The notes under the pieces are model-generated. The model made no database searches. It had not been told where the DNA came from and worked only from the letters and a program-made list of their open reading frames with translations. Shown one piece after another: positions 48,885-62,456 of a DNA stretch of 64,000 nt. The DNA comes from Mobula hypostoma. Taxonomy: Eukaryota. Where the stretch lies: the NCBI RefSeq assembly GCF_963921235.1, contig NC_086101.1, positions 4,032,001-4,096,000 on the forward strand. The letters run 5' to 3'. The number at the start of each line of letters is the position of its first letter. Position 1 is the first letter of the stretch. The position numbers were made by a program, and so were the translations under genes.

Positions 48885-50060
48885 TTAGACCAAAAGACAT
48901 GGGAGCAATATGGGGCCATTCTGCCCATCAGGTGTGGCTCATCCATTTCCCTCTGAAACCCATTCTCCTGCCTTCTCCCCGTAACCTTTGACAGCCTGAC
49001 TAATCAAGAACTGATCAAGCTCCGCTTTAAAAACACCCAGTTACTTGGCCTCCAGGGTAATGAATTACACAGACTAACCTTCCCCTAGCTGCAGAAATTC
49101 CTCTTCTTCTCTGTTCTAGATGGATGTCCCTCTATTCTGAGGCTGTGCACCTTGGTCCCAGACTCCCCCACCCGCCCTATCTAGGCCTTTCAACATTCGA
49201 TAAGTTTCAATGAGATTACACCCCTCAGCCCTCGTTCTTCTAAACTGATGTGAGTACAGGCTCAGAGCCATCAACTGCTCCTCATGCATGAACATTTCAC
49301 TCCTGGAATCATTCGCATGAACCTCCCAACATCAGCTCATCCTATCTTCGATGGAGGGGCCCAAAACTGCTCACAATATTCAAAGCGAGGCGTCAGCATG
49401 ACGGTATTGCATTATTCCAGCCCCCTTAAAATGGACACTACCATCACAGTTGCCCTTGTCACCGCTGACTCAACCTGCAAGTTATCCTGCAGAAGGACTC
49501 CCGAGTCCGTTTCCACGTCGCACTTTTGAATTTTCCCGCCATTTTGAAAATAGTCTACACTTTCATTCCTTCTACCGAGATGCATGATTTACCAATGCTG
49601 CCAGTTAGTTGCCCGTTCTCCTAACCCATCTAAATCCCCTTGAGGTCTCCCTGCCTCTCAAACTATCTTCACATCAGCTGCAGATGTGGCCACAAATTCA
49701 ACAATTCCATCATCCAAATCGTTGACATGCAACATTACAAGCAGCAGTCCCACCACGGACCTGTGTGGAAAACAACAGCTCATACTCCTCACCTCCGAGC
49801 AGTCAGCCAATGCTCCCTCCATACCAGTATCATTCCTGTAACACCACAGACCTTCTGAAAATCAAAGCACACAACATCCCTTTGTCTATTCTGCCTGTTA
49901 TTTAGAGACATAGAGTCATAGAACGGTACAGCACAGAAACAGGCCACACGACCCAGCTAGGCTCTGCTGAACCATTTATACGCCCAATCCCATCAACCTG
50001 AACCCGCACCATATGGCCATTCATACACCTACCATCCAATATTCACTTAAACCTTGAAAT
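48885..50060 (-). mobile_element. Degraded CR1 fragments
   Basis: Reverse-complement CR1 3' UTR and RT remnants. Confidence 0.65.
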
Positions 50061-50074
50061 TTAAAGATTTATTT

Positions 50075-50557
50075 ACTAGAATGTTGCCCTGGGTTTCATC
50101 TCCTAAGTTACAGAGAAAGGTTGAACAAGTTGGGTCTGTATTCTTTGGAGCGTAGAAGGTTAAGGGGGGACTTGATAGAGGTATTTAAAATTATGAGGGG
50201 GATAGATAGAGTTGATGTGGATAGGCTTTTTCCATTGACAGTGGGGGAGATTCAAACAAGAGGACATGAGTTGAGAGTTAGGGGGCAAAAGTTTAGGGGT
50301 AACATGAGGGAGAATTTCTTTACTCAGAGAGTGGTAGCTGTGTGGAACGAGCTTCCAGCAGGAGTGGTTGAGGCAGGTTCGATGTTGTCGTTTAAAGTTA
50401 AATTGGACAGCTATATGGACAGGAAGGGAATGGAGGGTTATGGGTGAGTGCAGGTCGGTGGGACTAGGTGAGAGTAAGAGTTCGGCATGGACCAGAAGGG
50501 CCGAGATGGCCTGTTTCCGTGCTGTAATTGCTATATGGTTCTATGGTTATATGGTTA
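50075..50557 (+). mobile_element. Young CR1 3' fragment
   Basis: ORF 50121-50447; nearly identical to 18145-18620. Confidence 0.9.
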
Positions 50558-51074
50558 AAGCACATCCTCCACTCGTGCTGGCTGCACATTCCACACTCTC
50601 AACATCCCTATGTGAAGAAGTTTCCCCTCATGTTCCCCTTAAACATTTCACCTTTCATCCCTAACCCATGACCTCTAGAACCTTCTTGACCAACCTCCCG
50701 TGCATGACTTTGGCAATTCTTTGCTGAAGTCAATGCAGACATCCACTGCCTTACCTTCATCAACTTTCCTAGTAACTTCCTCAAAAAAGTATAAGTTTGG
50801 TTAGACATGCCTACCATACACGAAGTCATGTTGACTATTCTTAATCAGTCTCTGTCCATCCAAATACTTATATATCTGGGCTCCTTAGAAAACTTAGCGG
50901 GATTAGCTATCCTCAAATCCTTCGGTACCTCAACTATTGCTAAGGATGATTTAAATATCTCTGCTCAGACCCCTGCAATTACTACACTTGCTTCCTACAG
51001 GCTCCGGGGACTTGTGAACCCTAATTTAACGTATCATCCTTTTTAATCTGTGGAGAGTCATGATGGTAGCGTGT

Positions 51075-51337
51075 GGGTGGCCTGGTGGCAAAGTGATTAG
51101 TACAATGCTTTACGGCACTAGCAAGCTGGGTTCAGTTCCCGCTCTGCCAGTACATTCTCCCTGTGACCACATGCTCCGGTTTCCTCATGCAGTTCAAAGA
51201 CCTACCAGTTGGTAGGTTAATTGCTAATTGGAAACTATACTGTGATTAGGCTAGGGTTAAATCAGGGGATTACTGGGTGGGCAATTCCAAGGACCAGAAG
51301 GTCCTGCTCCGCAGTGTATCTCAATAAATAAATAAAA
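51075..51337 (+). mobile_element. tRNA-derived V-SINE-like element
   Basis: GGGTTCAGTTCCC B-box-like motif, TGCTCCGGTTTCCT central domain, (AATA)n tail. Confidence 0.7.
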
Positions 51338-51719
51338 CTACCTTGCTCCTGCTCTGCCTCACTTCAGTAGACTCTGTGTCCACCACCTGAGCAAATACCG
51401 ATAAAAAAATCAGTTTCAGATCTCTCCTATCTGTTTTAGCTCATGCATAGATTACTATTCTGGTTATCCACAAGGCTAATTTTGTCCTTTTGCTCTTGAT
51501 ATGTCTGTGAAAACCCTTAGGATTCTCTTTCACCTTGACTGCTAGAACTACCTCATGTCTTCTTTTAGCCTTCCTGATTTATTTTATTTCTGCAGATAAA
51601 AGGAGGGTAGGCTCAAATGGAGCAGCTACTGTTGGAGTGTGTCAGTGATAAAGTGTGAAGGCTTTGCTTAACATGCTTCAGCGTGAACAGGTCGAGGGAC
51701 AGTTAACAAGAGACAAGCC

Positions 51720-53309
51720 GGAAAATGTCATTTACAAAAATTAAAAAAAGGATGGAGGTCTTGCCCTGCCTAATTTAAGATTGTATTATTGGGCAGTTAA
51801 TATACGCTATGCGTGTTCTTGGTAATATTGGACCGATAAAAATGAACGTCCACCATTGGTTGACTTGGAATTGAAAGCTGTGAAACAATTTTACTTAAGT
51901 TCGTTGTTAGGAGCTTCTTTACCTGTACAACCAGCTAAATCTTCTATTTTAAATATTAATCCTATGATTAAGCAGTCATTACGAATTTCGTACTAGTTTC
52001 GTAAGTTTTTTAATCTTAAAAAATTTAACCTTCTTAGTTTAATTTATCGAAATTATTTATTTAAACCTTCACTTAGTGATCCTACCTTTTCTCTTTGGAG
52101 GAATAAAAGAATCTATTCCTTTATGGATTTGTTTCAAGAAGACAGATTGATGTCCTTTGACAAATTAGTTACTAAATACTTTCTTTCATACTCACACTTT
52201 TTGCAATATCTTCAGGTCAGATATTTTTTAAAAGAATATTTAAGTAACTTTCCATATATACAAGATTCTAACACGTTAGACACTATTTTAAAAGTCAACC
52301 CTTTAGTGAAAGGGTTTATTGGGAAAATTTATAATTTACTATTTCTACAGGATAATTATCCTCTATTTAAGATTAAGCAAGACTGGGAAACAGAGCTTGA
52401 TAACAGAGGGTTGGTTGTGAATTTTGAAGGTGGTTAACTCCTCTACGATTTGTGCCAGTCATTCTTTGATTCAATTTTAAATTGTACATCGTTATTATTT
52501 GACAAAGGAGAGACTGTCTAAAATGTTTCCTAATGTTAATAGTCACTGTGAGAGATGTAAAACTGAGATAGCTACATTGACACATATGTTTTGGTCGTGT
52601 TCTGTACTGAATCAGTTTTGGAAATCTATTTTTTTCTACAATTTCTAAAGCTTTAAAAATTAATTTACAACCTAATAAGTTGACAGTTTTGTTTGGTATA
52701 ATTCCTCAATATATTCATGGTATTTCTATATCAGACCAATATGTAATTGCTTTTGTTACATTATTGGCCAGAAGGGCTATTTTATTAAAATGGAAAGATG
52801 CTTCTGCTCCCACTTTGATACAATGGTTCTCTCAGGTGATGCTATGTCTTAGTTTGGAGAAAATCAGAAGTCGAACTTTTGATCCTCGATTTGACTTTGA
52901 GAAAAGGTGGGGCTCTTTTGCCTGCTTCTATCATTTGATTTGAGTTAATTAAGATGGTTCCCTTCTGATTCTTGGATAAATGGATTTGGTAGGCGGTTTG
53001 ATGTCTTTTTTTTATAGAAGCTTGTATGGCGTATAGCTCCGGGTTTGTGCTCCAGATGGGTTTTTTTCCCTCTTTTTTTTGTTTGTTAGCTGGAGTTTTT
53101 TTTGTTTTAGTTACTAAGGTTCTTTTTCTCCTTCTTTCTTTTTTCAAAAAAAATAGCTTTAACATTTTGTTTTTTTTAAATCATTATTGATATACTGTTT
53201 AGCTTGGTTAATAGTTTGACTCTCATTATACATATTGATATATTGATTATTTTAATGTATTTTTTGTTGTCAATTTTCAATAATAATTAATAAAAAGATT
53301 TTTAAAAAA
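51720..53309 (+). mobile_element. 5'-truncated, decayed L1/Tx1-clade LINE
   Basis: TSD AGACAAGCC (51711-51719, 53310-53318); GGLALPN, CERC..HMFWSC, LEKIRS; AATAAA and A tail. Confidence 0.9.
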
Positions 53310-53484
53310 AGACAAGCCTTTTTGTTTTTTGATATAGAGTACTCAGGATGGGATGCTCCTCCTGTCAGATGTGGGAATTTGGGATACCGGACAGTTTCCC
53401 TGATGACTACGTCTGCAGGAAATGCACCCAAGCTGACTGGCTGACTGACCAGATCAAGGAATTGGAGCTGGAGTTGGATGCACA

Positions 53485-54000
53485 ATGCCTGAGGTATTTA
53501 ATAAGGAATACATGAGGAAAGAAGACCGGGTCGAGACAACAGAGACTTTTGGAGAAAAGGAGTTCGGTGGGTAATACCGTTCCGGCTGACCGGAAGTGCA
53601 CTGAGTGCGGTGAGTGTAAAGGAGTTCGGTGCTTACTGTTCTGGCTAACAACGGATGGTGCAATCCGGGGTATATTACGATCGAGGAATGTGTTTGCAGA
53701 CTGGATATTGAACTTTTCACTTTTGGACTTCGGCCACATTCCAACGCGATACACTTGGCGGCACGGGAGGTCGTTCCTGCCTGTGGCCATCGAATGTGCA
53801 GCTCCTCCCGTGGAGGGTCAGACACCCTGAGCCAATAGACTGGTCCTGGACTTACTTTCCATCTGGCATAGTTTGCATTTTGGTGTTTGATTGTTGGGGT
53901 TTTTTGTATTGCTATATTTACGCTCTATTCTTGGTTGGTGCGGCTGTAACAAAACCAAATTTCCCTCAGGATTAATAAAGCATATCTATCTATCTATCTA
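53485..54000 (+). mobile_element. LINE 3' fragment (Rex/L2-type) with (TCTA)n tail, inserted in CR1 ORF1
   Basis: GRSFLPVAI peptide; TTCCCTCAGGATTAATAAAG-(TATC)n end. Confidence 0.6.
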
Positions 54001-56771
54001 ATTCTGAAGAGGTGGTCACACATAGAGCACAGGCTTCGGACAGTAGATGGGTGACCACCAGGAGAGGCAAGGGGATTAAGAAGTCAGTGCTGGGTTCACC
54101 TGTGGCCGTTCCCTCAGCAACAAGTATACTGCTGAGAGCCGGGAATGGCCTATCAGATCGTGGCAGCAACGCCAGCCAGGCTGCTGGCACTGTTGCCAGC
54201 TCTGAGCCTCGACAGAGAAAAAAGGATGAAGTCAGGCAGTACAGTCAGGCATATGGGACTTGATAGTTAGGAAGCAGACAGGAGATTCAGCAGCTGCAAG
54301 GGCAAAAGAAGGATGGTGCGTTGCCTCCAGGGTGCTGGGTGCCGGGGTCCAGGATGCATCGGAGAAGCTGCAGGATCATCTCAAGGGGGAGGGGACCAGC
54401 CATAAGTCGTGGTACCAATGACATAGGCAGAGAAAGGGAAAAGGCCCTGCGCAGTGAGTATATAGAGTTATGAAACAGGCAGAAGAGAAGGGCCTGCAAG
54501 GTTGTAACCTTCGGATTACTCCCTGTGCCATGGGCTAGTGGCTGTGGAGATAGTGCAGGGGAGAAGGTTTCAAGTTCTTGGATCATTGGAACCTTTTCTG
54601 GGGGAAGGGTGGCCTGTACAAGGGGGATGGGTTGTACCTGAATTGGAGAGGAACCAATATCCTGGCCGGGAAGCTTTGCTGATGCTACTCAGAAAAGTTT
54701 AAACTAATCTTGCAGGGGTTCGGGAAGCAGAGCCCCCAGGTCACTAAGGGAAGTATCGGACCAGAAGATCAGGGACGGTGTTGAAATAACAGGTATGATG
54801 GGTTGAATAATCTGAAGTGTGTATATTTTAACGCTGGGAGTAAGGGTGATGAACCTACAGCATGTATCAGTGCACGGAACTACGATGTTGTAACCATTAC
54901 TGAAACTTGGTTGAGGGAGGGGCAGGAATGGACGATTTGTGCACCAGGTTTTCGAAGATTTAGGAAAGATAGAGGAGGAGGTAAAAGTGGGGGAGAAAAG
55001 AGTTGCACTACTAATCAGGGACAATATCCCAACTGCACTCAAAGGACACATAATGGAGGGGCCAGACACCGAGTCTATCAGACCGGAACTCGGGAATAGC
55101 ACCGGTGCAGTCACACCGATGGAATTGTACTACAGACCCCCTCCCCAACAGCCTCCGGGACACCTGGGAGCAGATACAGTATGTTCTGTCAGCAGTTTAA
55201 GGAGTTGCGTAAAAATAATTGGGTTGTTGTCTTGGGGGAATTTCACTTCCCTAATATAAACCGAGACTTTCTTAGAGTAAGAGGTTTAGATGGGTTGAAC
55301 TTGTTAAGTGTGTCCAGGAATGTTTCTTAAATCCATTTATGGATGGTCCAACAGGAGGAGGGGTCATACTGGACCTGGTGTTGAGTAATGAGCCTGGCTA
55401 GGTGACTGCCCTTTCAGTGTGTGAGCAGTTAGGGAACAGTGACCACAACTCCTCAACTTTCAGAATCGTTATAGATAAGGCAATTGTGGGAGAGTTTTAA
55501 ATCAGAGTAGGGCAAATTACAAGGGCACTAGGCAGGAATTAAGGAGAAGTAATTGAGAACACCTTTTCTCTGGCAAATCTACATCAGAAGGGTGTTCCTG
55601 TTACAAGGAAAGACGGGGATGGAAAGATAAGAGAACCAGGATGTCCAGGGAGGTGATGAATTTAGTCATGAAGAAAAAGGAAAGGTATGTAATGCTTCAG
55701 AAGACAGGATTAAACGAAGCACATGAGGAGTATAAAGAAGTTAGAAAAGAACTAAAGAAGGGAATTAGGAAAGCCAGGAGAGGCTATGAAAAGTCCTTGG
55801 CAAGTAGGATGAAGGTGAATCCCTAAGCATTCTACACATGCATCAAGAGCAAGAGGATAAGTCGGGAGAGGGTGGGACAACTCAAGTATAAAGGATAAAG
55901 GATTCTTGGATGCAGAGTATGTGAGTGAGGTACGTAAAGAGTACTTTGTTTCAGTATTTACCAAGGAAAAGGAAATGGAGACCAGAGATCAGTGCTGAGT
56001 GTATAAATACATTAAATTGTTTTGAAGTCAAGGAGGAGGATTAAAGTGTATTAAGGTAGATAAGAACTTAGAGCTTGATGGGATTTACACCAGGTTTTTC
56101 AAGAAGGCAAGAGATGAGATTGCTGGACTCTTGAATGGTTAATTTTGTACCTCTATTTAAGAAGGGAACCACGGAAAACCCTGGGAACTATAGACCAGTG
56201 AGTCTCATGTCAGTTGTCAGGAAATTGCTGCAGAAAATTTTTGGGGATAGGATATAGGAGCATTTTGAAACTCATGGCCTAATTAGGGAGAGCCAGCATG
56301 GCTTTGTGTGGTAGGACATACCTGACCAACTTGATTGAGTCTTTTGACGAGGTGATGAGAGAGATTGATGAAGATAGGGCAGTGGATGTTGTCTACATGG
56401 ATTTTAGTAAGGTGTTTGACAAAGTCCCTCACTGGAGGCTAAACCAGAAGATTAAGATGCATGGGATCCACAGAGAATTGGCTGCTGGGATTCAGAACTG
56501 GCTTCCACATAGAAAACAGAGGGTAGTAATTGCAGGGACATTTTTAAGCTGGAGGTCTGTAATTAGTGGAGTTCCACAGGGATCTGTACTGGAACCTCTG
56601 CTGTTTGTGATGTATATAAAAGACCAGGATGAAACTGTAGGTGGTTGCGCTAGTACATTTGCTGATGATACCAAGATTGGTGGAGTTGTGGACAGTATAG
56701 AAGACTGGCAAAGAATACAGCACAATATAGATCAGTTGCAGATATGGGCTGAGAAATGGCAGATGGAGTTT

Positions 56772-57024
56772 CGTCGTCGTCAGTAGGTCGCATCTGGAAT
56801 TTTCCAGTTGGCGGACGATTTCCCTCCATGCCGCTGACATATTGGGAAATCATGTACGTGGCAAGTTACAGCAGTGGTTTGCCACTGCCTTCTGTTGGGT
56901 GGTTTCTTTTAAAGAGATCACCAGCTATTAACCCAGCACGGATGGAGAGCGTGCAGGGGAGCTGGCCAGATTTGAACTGCTCGCCCCGAAGTCCAGCGCT
57001 GATGCCACTACGCCACCAGCCAGC
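56772..57024 (-). mobile_element. tRNA-derived SINE with (GAC)n tail
   Basis: A box TGGCGTAGTGG, B box GTTCAAATC; TSD ATGGAGTTT/ATAGAGTTT. Confidence 0.8.
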
Positions 57025-57659
57025 ATAGAGTTTAACCCAGATAAATGTGAGGTGTTGTACCTTGGTATGGCAAATGCAAGGAGACAGTACATTGTTAAGG
57101 GCATTGTCAAGATCTCTCTTGATCCCAAGTTCATAGATCCTTGAAAGCTGCCACTCCGGTTAGGCTACATCTGGAGAATTGTGTATAGTTCTAGCCACCC
57201 CACTGTGGGAAGGACGTTGAGGCTGTGGGGAGGGTACAGAAGAGGGTCACCAGGATGCTTCATGGTTCAGAGGACATGTACTATCATGAGGTGCTAAATA
57301 AACTTGAAAACTTGAGTTGTTTTCTCTGGACTGTTGAAAACTAAGAGGAGATCTGATAGGGATTTGCAAGGGGGATGTGAGGGGTAAGTTTTTTTTACAC
57401 AGAGTCGTGGGTGCCTGGAGTGCACTGCCTGGTATGGCGGTAGAGGCAAATACATGAGAGGCCTTTAAGAGATGTTTGGATAGGCACATGGATGTGAGGA
57501 AGATGGAGGGATATGGAAATGGTCCTGGTCGGAGGGATATGGAAATGGTCCTGGTCGGAGGGACTCATGTCTCGGTGTCTTTGATTTGCTTTTTAGTTGG
57601 TACAACACTGTGGGATGAATGGCCTCTCCCTGTGCTGTACTCTTCTATGTTCTAAAGTG

Positions 57660-58451
57660 TTCTCTTGCATTTCTTATACTCCTTGTTCCTATCAGTCCGT
57701 ATCTGCTATGTACCTCCTTAACCAGGGAAAACATCGCTCGAAACCAAGTTTCCCAAAATTGGATATCCTTGCCTTTTATTCTGACAGGCACATACAAGCT
57801 CTCAAAATGTCACTTTTGAAGGCCTTCCACTTACCAAGTACACCTTTGCCAGAAAACAGCCTGCCCCAATCAACATTTACCAGATCTTTTCTGATACCAT
57901 CAAAATTTTGTCCAATTTCGAATCTCCACCCGCAGACCAGACTTATCTTTTTGTGTATTTTCTTTGAAACTAATGTCATTGTGGTCACTGGATGTAAAGT
58001 GTTCCCCTATGCACACTTCTGTCACATGCCCTGTTTCATTCCTTAATAGTAGATCAAGTACTGTATGTTCTCTCGTTACAACTTCCATACACTGATTAAA
58101 GAAACTTTACTGAACACATCTGACAAACTCTATCCCATCTAGTCCTTTTACAGTATGGGAGTCCCAGTCAATATGTGGGAAGTTGAAATCAACTGCTAAT
58201 ACAGACTTATGTTCCTTTCAACAGTCTGCAATCCATCTCCAAAGTTGTTCCTCTAAGTCCCATGTACTCTTGGGTGGTCTCCAATATAAACCCGTTAACA
58301 TGGTCATCCTGTCTTATTCCTCAGCCACACCCATAATTCCTCACTAGAGGGGTTCTCCAGTTTGTCCTCATTAAGCAATGCCGTGACGTTTTCCTTGACT
58401 AGCAAATCAAACTCTCCCCCTTTATAAACCCTCACCCCGCTCTATCACATC
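57660..58451 (-). mobile_element. Decayed CR1 endonuclease region; continues at 63404 to about 63830 beyond the LTR element
   Basis: LDLLLRNETG..GEHFTSSDHN peptide. Confidence 0.8.
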
Positions 58452-59297
58452 TGTGACGAGAATACACATACAATTAAGATGTTTGCTGGCCTGGGTGGCA
58501 TCAGCAGTTGGTCTGCCACCTGTCCTCAGGGGAAGGAGAGATAAAGAACAATGAAGCAGCATCTGGAGATGTGTAATGAAGGGACGGGAGAGAGAGAGCT
58601 GTCTGGAGCGGCTCCCCCTTTGAACCCTGAACTGTTTGAAGTGATGGACAGGCGATGCCCCAGCAGGGGGATAAAAAGGGACAGGTTCGCTAAGGCAGGA
58701 CACACGACACCCGAGGTAACGAGACCCTGAAAGCGATGCGCCTCTCACGAGTCGGTGGGAAGTACCGGACAACGCACAGGGTGGAAAGGTACGATCAGCG
58801 GGAACCAGGTGTGTGTCCGCCCTTGCCTGGGTGCCGGGTTCACTGCAGAGGATCGACCGCATCTGGAGGAGGGTCACAGTCGGTGACCTCAGGTGACATC
58901 ACCAAGGACTCGCCCGAAAGCTGCTTGTGAGCAATATCGCCGGTCTGTGAGTGGAAGCCGTGTCTGAATGATCAGTCGTTCTCGTTCTCTCTCTCCCTCC
59001 CCCCACGTTGTCCATCGCCATGGCAACGATTACTGCGAACTGAACTAAATTGGACTGAACTTTTGTGTCACTTTGAAATTTGGTCATTTACCCCTAGATA
59101 ACGATAGAGCTTGATTGATGCTGTTATCTTAATTCTGTGCACGTGTGTTTATCATTGCTGAACTGTTGCATTTATTATCCTTTCGATTACTGTGTTGCTT
59201 GTTTCTTTAATAAAACTTTCTTAGTTCTAGTAATCCCGACTCCAACTGAGTGATCCATTTCTGCTGGTTTGGCAACCCAATTACGGGATACGTAACA
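58452..59297 (+). repeat. 5' LTR (846 bp)
   Basis: Direct repeat of 62457-63399. Confidence 0.95.
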
Positions 59298-59301
59298 TAA
59301 G

Positions 59302-59320
59302 TGGGGTTCTCGTCCGCGAT
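59302..59320 (+). promoter_or_regulatory. Primer-binding site, tRNA-Pro-like
   Basis: TGGGGTTCTCGTCCGCGAT versus the canonical tRNA-Pro PBS TGGGGGCTCGTCCGGGAT, 4 nt after the LTR. Confidence 0.8.
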
Positions 59321-59396
59321 TTTGAACGCTAAATTTGCGACGGAGTAAATTGATTGGGTTAAAATTCCCGAAAGAAAGAAAAGACAAACAGCAGAA

Positions 59397-61559
59397 ATGG
59401 AGGCTGAGGAATTTATAAAGGCGCCGACCTTGGAGGCACTAGAGGATGCCAGGAAATCGGAATTGATAGCTGTGGCCAAACGGTTGAATCTTGCTAAGGT
59501 GAAGTCGACAATGAGGAGAGAGGAGGTACACAGAGCTATCGTAGAGCACTATGTATCTAAAGGTGTGTTTCCCCAAGGCGAGCTGGGGGTGGTGTCTATT
59601 GAAAAACCTGCTGGAGACGCGGTACAGGTACAGCTTGAAAAACTGAGACTCGAGCACGAGTTCCGGGTACGGCAGTTAGAACACGAAGAGAAGCAGTTAG
59701 AAAGGCAGGAGAGAGAGTCAGAAAGGCGGGAGAAAGAGAAGGAGGTAGAAAGGAAAGAGAGATAGAGACAGTTGGAGAGAGAAGAGAAACAGAGGGAAAG
59801 GGAATTTGAGCTGGAGAAGTTAAAGATAAGGGCCGAGCAGGGGCTCGTGCCGAACCAAGGTGGAGGGTTCCGGGCGACCAAGGAGGTTAGGCTGGTTCCC
59901 CCATTTGACGATACCGACGTGGATCGGTACTTCTTCCATTTCGAAAAAGTGGCTATAAGTCAGGAATGGCCGAGGGATAAGTGGGCTGTGTTACTTCAGA
60001 GTGTACTGAAAGGGAAAGCCAAAGAAGCTTACTCCGCTTTGTCCGCGGAAGATGCCCAGAGGTATGAGGTGGTAAAAGAGGCCAGCCTCAGGATTTATGA
60101 GTTGGTCCCGGAGGCATACCGGCAAAGGTTCCGGAATGCGAGGAAGCAGTGGGACCGCACGTTCTTAGAGTTTGCCCGTGAGATGCAGACATATTGTGAG
60201 CGTTGGTGCGCCTCGAAGGGGGTAGAGGGGGATTATGACAGACTGCTACAGCTGATCCTGATTGAGCAGTTTAAAGGTTGTGTCCCTGAGGGTATGAGAC
60301 CCTACCTCGATGAGAAAGAGGCAGCCACGTTAGCCGCAACTGCTAAATTAGCGGATGAGTATGCGTTGACGCATAAAATGAAGGTTGCCCCGAGTAAAGG
60401 CTACCAGAAGGGTAGTCAGGACGGCGGGGAGAGTCCGCCGGAAAAGTCAGAAAGTAAGCCGGGGACTAGTGAAAAGGATAAGGTAGAACGGGAGCAGTCT
60501 GGTAGGAAGTCTCCTGGGGTCGTCTGTTAAAATTGTGGAAAAGTCGGACACTTTGCGTCCAGGTGCTTTGCCCCAAAGAAGGAGACGGGAAAAGGAAAAA
60601 CGGCAATTTTGAATGGCTGTATCGAGCTGTTAAGCGAACCGCTAGGGGAGGGCAGGTCTGCCAAAATCCAGGAAGGGCTCTCGGCCGGATTGGTGTCAGT
60701 GAAAGAGGGGTTAAAACCAGTTCTCGTGCGGATCTGGAGAGACACGGGAGCGTGTCAGTCACTGATACTGAAGAGTGTATTAGAGTTTAGCTCAGAGACC
60801 CAGACTGGGGAGGTAAAGGTCAAAGGTGTTGGGGAAGGGACAGAGTCAGTCCCTTTGCACCAGATACACTTACAAAGCAACCTGGTCTCTGGACTAGTCA
60901 CGATCGGGGTGAGGTCCGAATTACCGATGAAAGGCGCGGAAGTCTTGCTCGGTAATGACATCGCCGGGGGAATCGTGCTCCCAGTCGTGAGATTGACAGG
61001 TCAGCCTGCCAGCAGTGAGGCCCCGCCCATGGACTCACAGGTTCATCATGGGGCTGCGGTAGTAAATTTAGCTGAAACGTTTCTACCAGTCTTGTACGAG
61101 ACGGGGGTAGAAAATGAAAAGGAGTGTAGTGAGACAAGAGGCAGTGAGGGAGCTGGGACAGACGTAGCAGTAGCCAGGAAAGAATTTGTGCAGACGCAGG
61201 AGCGAGAGGAGGGGCTGATGGTTTTGGCAGAAACAGCTCTCTCTGACACAGCTTTAACAAGGGAACTAGTAGACTATTGTGTGGAGGAGGAAGTGCTAAG
61301 GAAAAAAGGGAAATCAAGTACAGTACCCGCAGATGAGGAGTGGGGGGTGGTGCAAAAGAGTTATGGGGATGAGGTTCTTAACATGGCCCACGAGGTACCC
61401 CCCCCCCGTGGACATTTTGCGGTGCTGGAAGAAACAGTTGGTGGAATCATGAAAGAGGTTTACCGGCTGCCCAGGGGGAAGGATGTTATTGATCATGACC
61501 GACGCGAACTGAGACGGTCACCGGCTTTTGATGATGCTAACAAACCTAGTCGGTGTTAG
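59397..61559 (+). pseudogene. gag (coiled coil, SCAN/capsid-like, CCHC knuckle) - protease - integrase remnant in one frame with two premature stops
   Basis: YFFHFEKVA..WP, PEAYRQRFR, LILIEQF, C*NCGKVGHFASRC, RDTGA; stops at 59763 and 60528. Confidence 0.85.
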
Positions 61560-62456
61560 CGTGGAAATCAATGAAGCTAGGGGCCCCTGATAAGAGAAAA
61601 AAACCATTTTGAAAAGATTAGTATGGGATCGATCAGATGGGAGAAGGCTATTGTTTTGGCCAGGTCGACTGATAAGGTTTCTCCCTTAATCCCCGAACAA
61701 AGTGAATCTTTAGCAGAAGTAATTAAACGACTCGCACCCGTGTGCTTGATTGTTCCGAGGCGATGCAAAGAACTGGGACGTTGGGTGATGTCTAGGTCAG
61801 CCTAGCAAACAACATCCATATATAATGAGTAATTCAGTGACTAAAGGGCTGATGAACACAGAGGTGTGTATTGGCAATTTAATACGGCTGTCTGAAGTCA
61901 GCTTGATAGTGAACCTTAAAAAAAATGAATTCGGCCACACGAGGGTCACTTACCTGGGAATTGTGGTGACACAGGGGCAGCTGGCAGTGATGCAAGCTAC
62001 AGTGCAGGCTATCGCTGACCTCCCAACCCCGACAGACAAGAGGGCCCTCAGAAGGCTCTTGGAGAAGGTGGGGTACTGTAGGAAGTTTTGCAATAACTCT
62101 GCGGTCACTACCCCTCCCCCTCCTACCAAGCCCTTGCGAGAGAAAACTGAGTCGGAATGGGACGACCCTTTTTATTGTGGTCCGGGACAAAACCAAATGA
62201 GAGGTTACATTGATCGCAATTCATCAGTGTTTTTGGCCACTGTGAAGTTTGCTGAGTTGGAGCCTGGTCTAAGGGATTATTAATAACACCTATAAAAGGA
62301 ACAGAAAATGTGATGACTGTCTGTCAAGGTGTTGACAACTTCAAATTCTCTGTATTAGCCAAATAGCTGATAAAGATGTATATTTGTGTGTGTATCAAAT
62401 AATGTATTCATGTTTGTAATTTTTACCTCCCGGTAAAAATCCTTAAAAGGGGTAAG

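Larger units (their letters stand above)
53330..57655 (+). mobile_element. Decayed CR1 (subfamily D); 5' UTR probably starts near 51590; interrupted by insertions
   Basis: ORF1 zinc finger and esterase remnants; ORF2 endonuclease and RT peptides (56298-56786). Confidence 0.85.

Noticed and set aside
59302..59330. tRNA gene fragment
   Set aside because: It is the retrotransposon PBS, complementary to a tRNA 3' end, not a tRNA gene.
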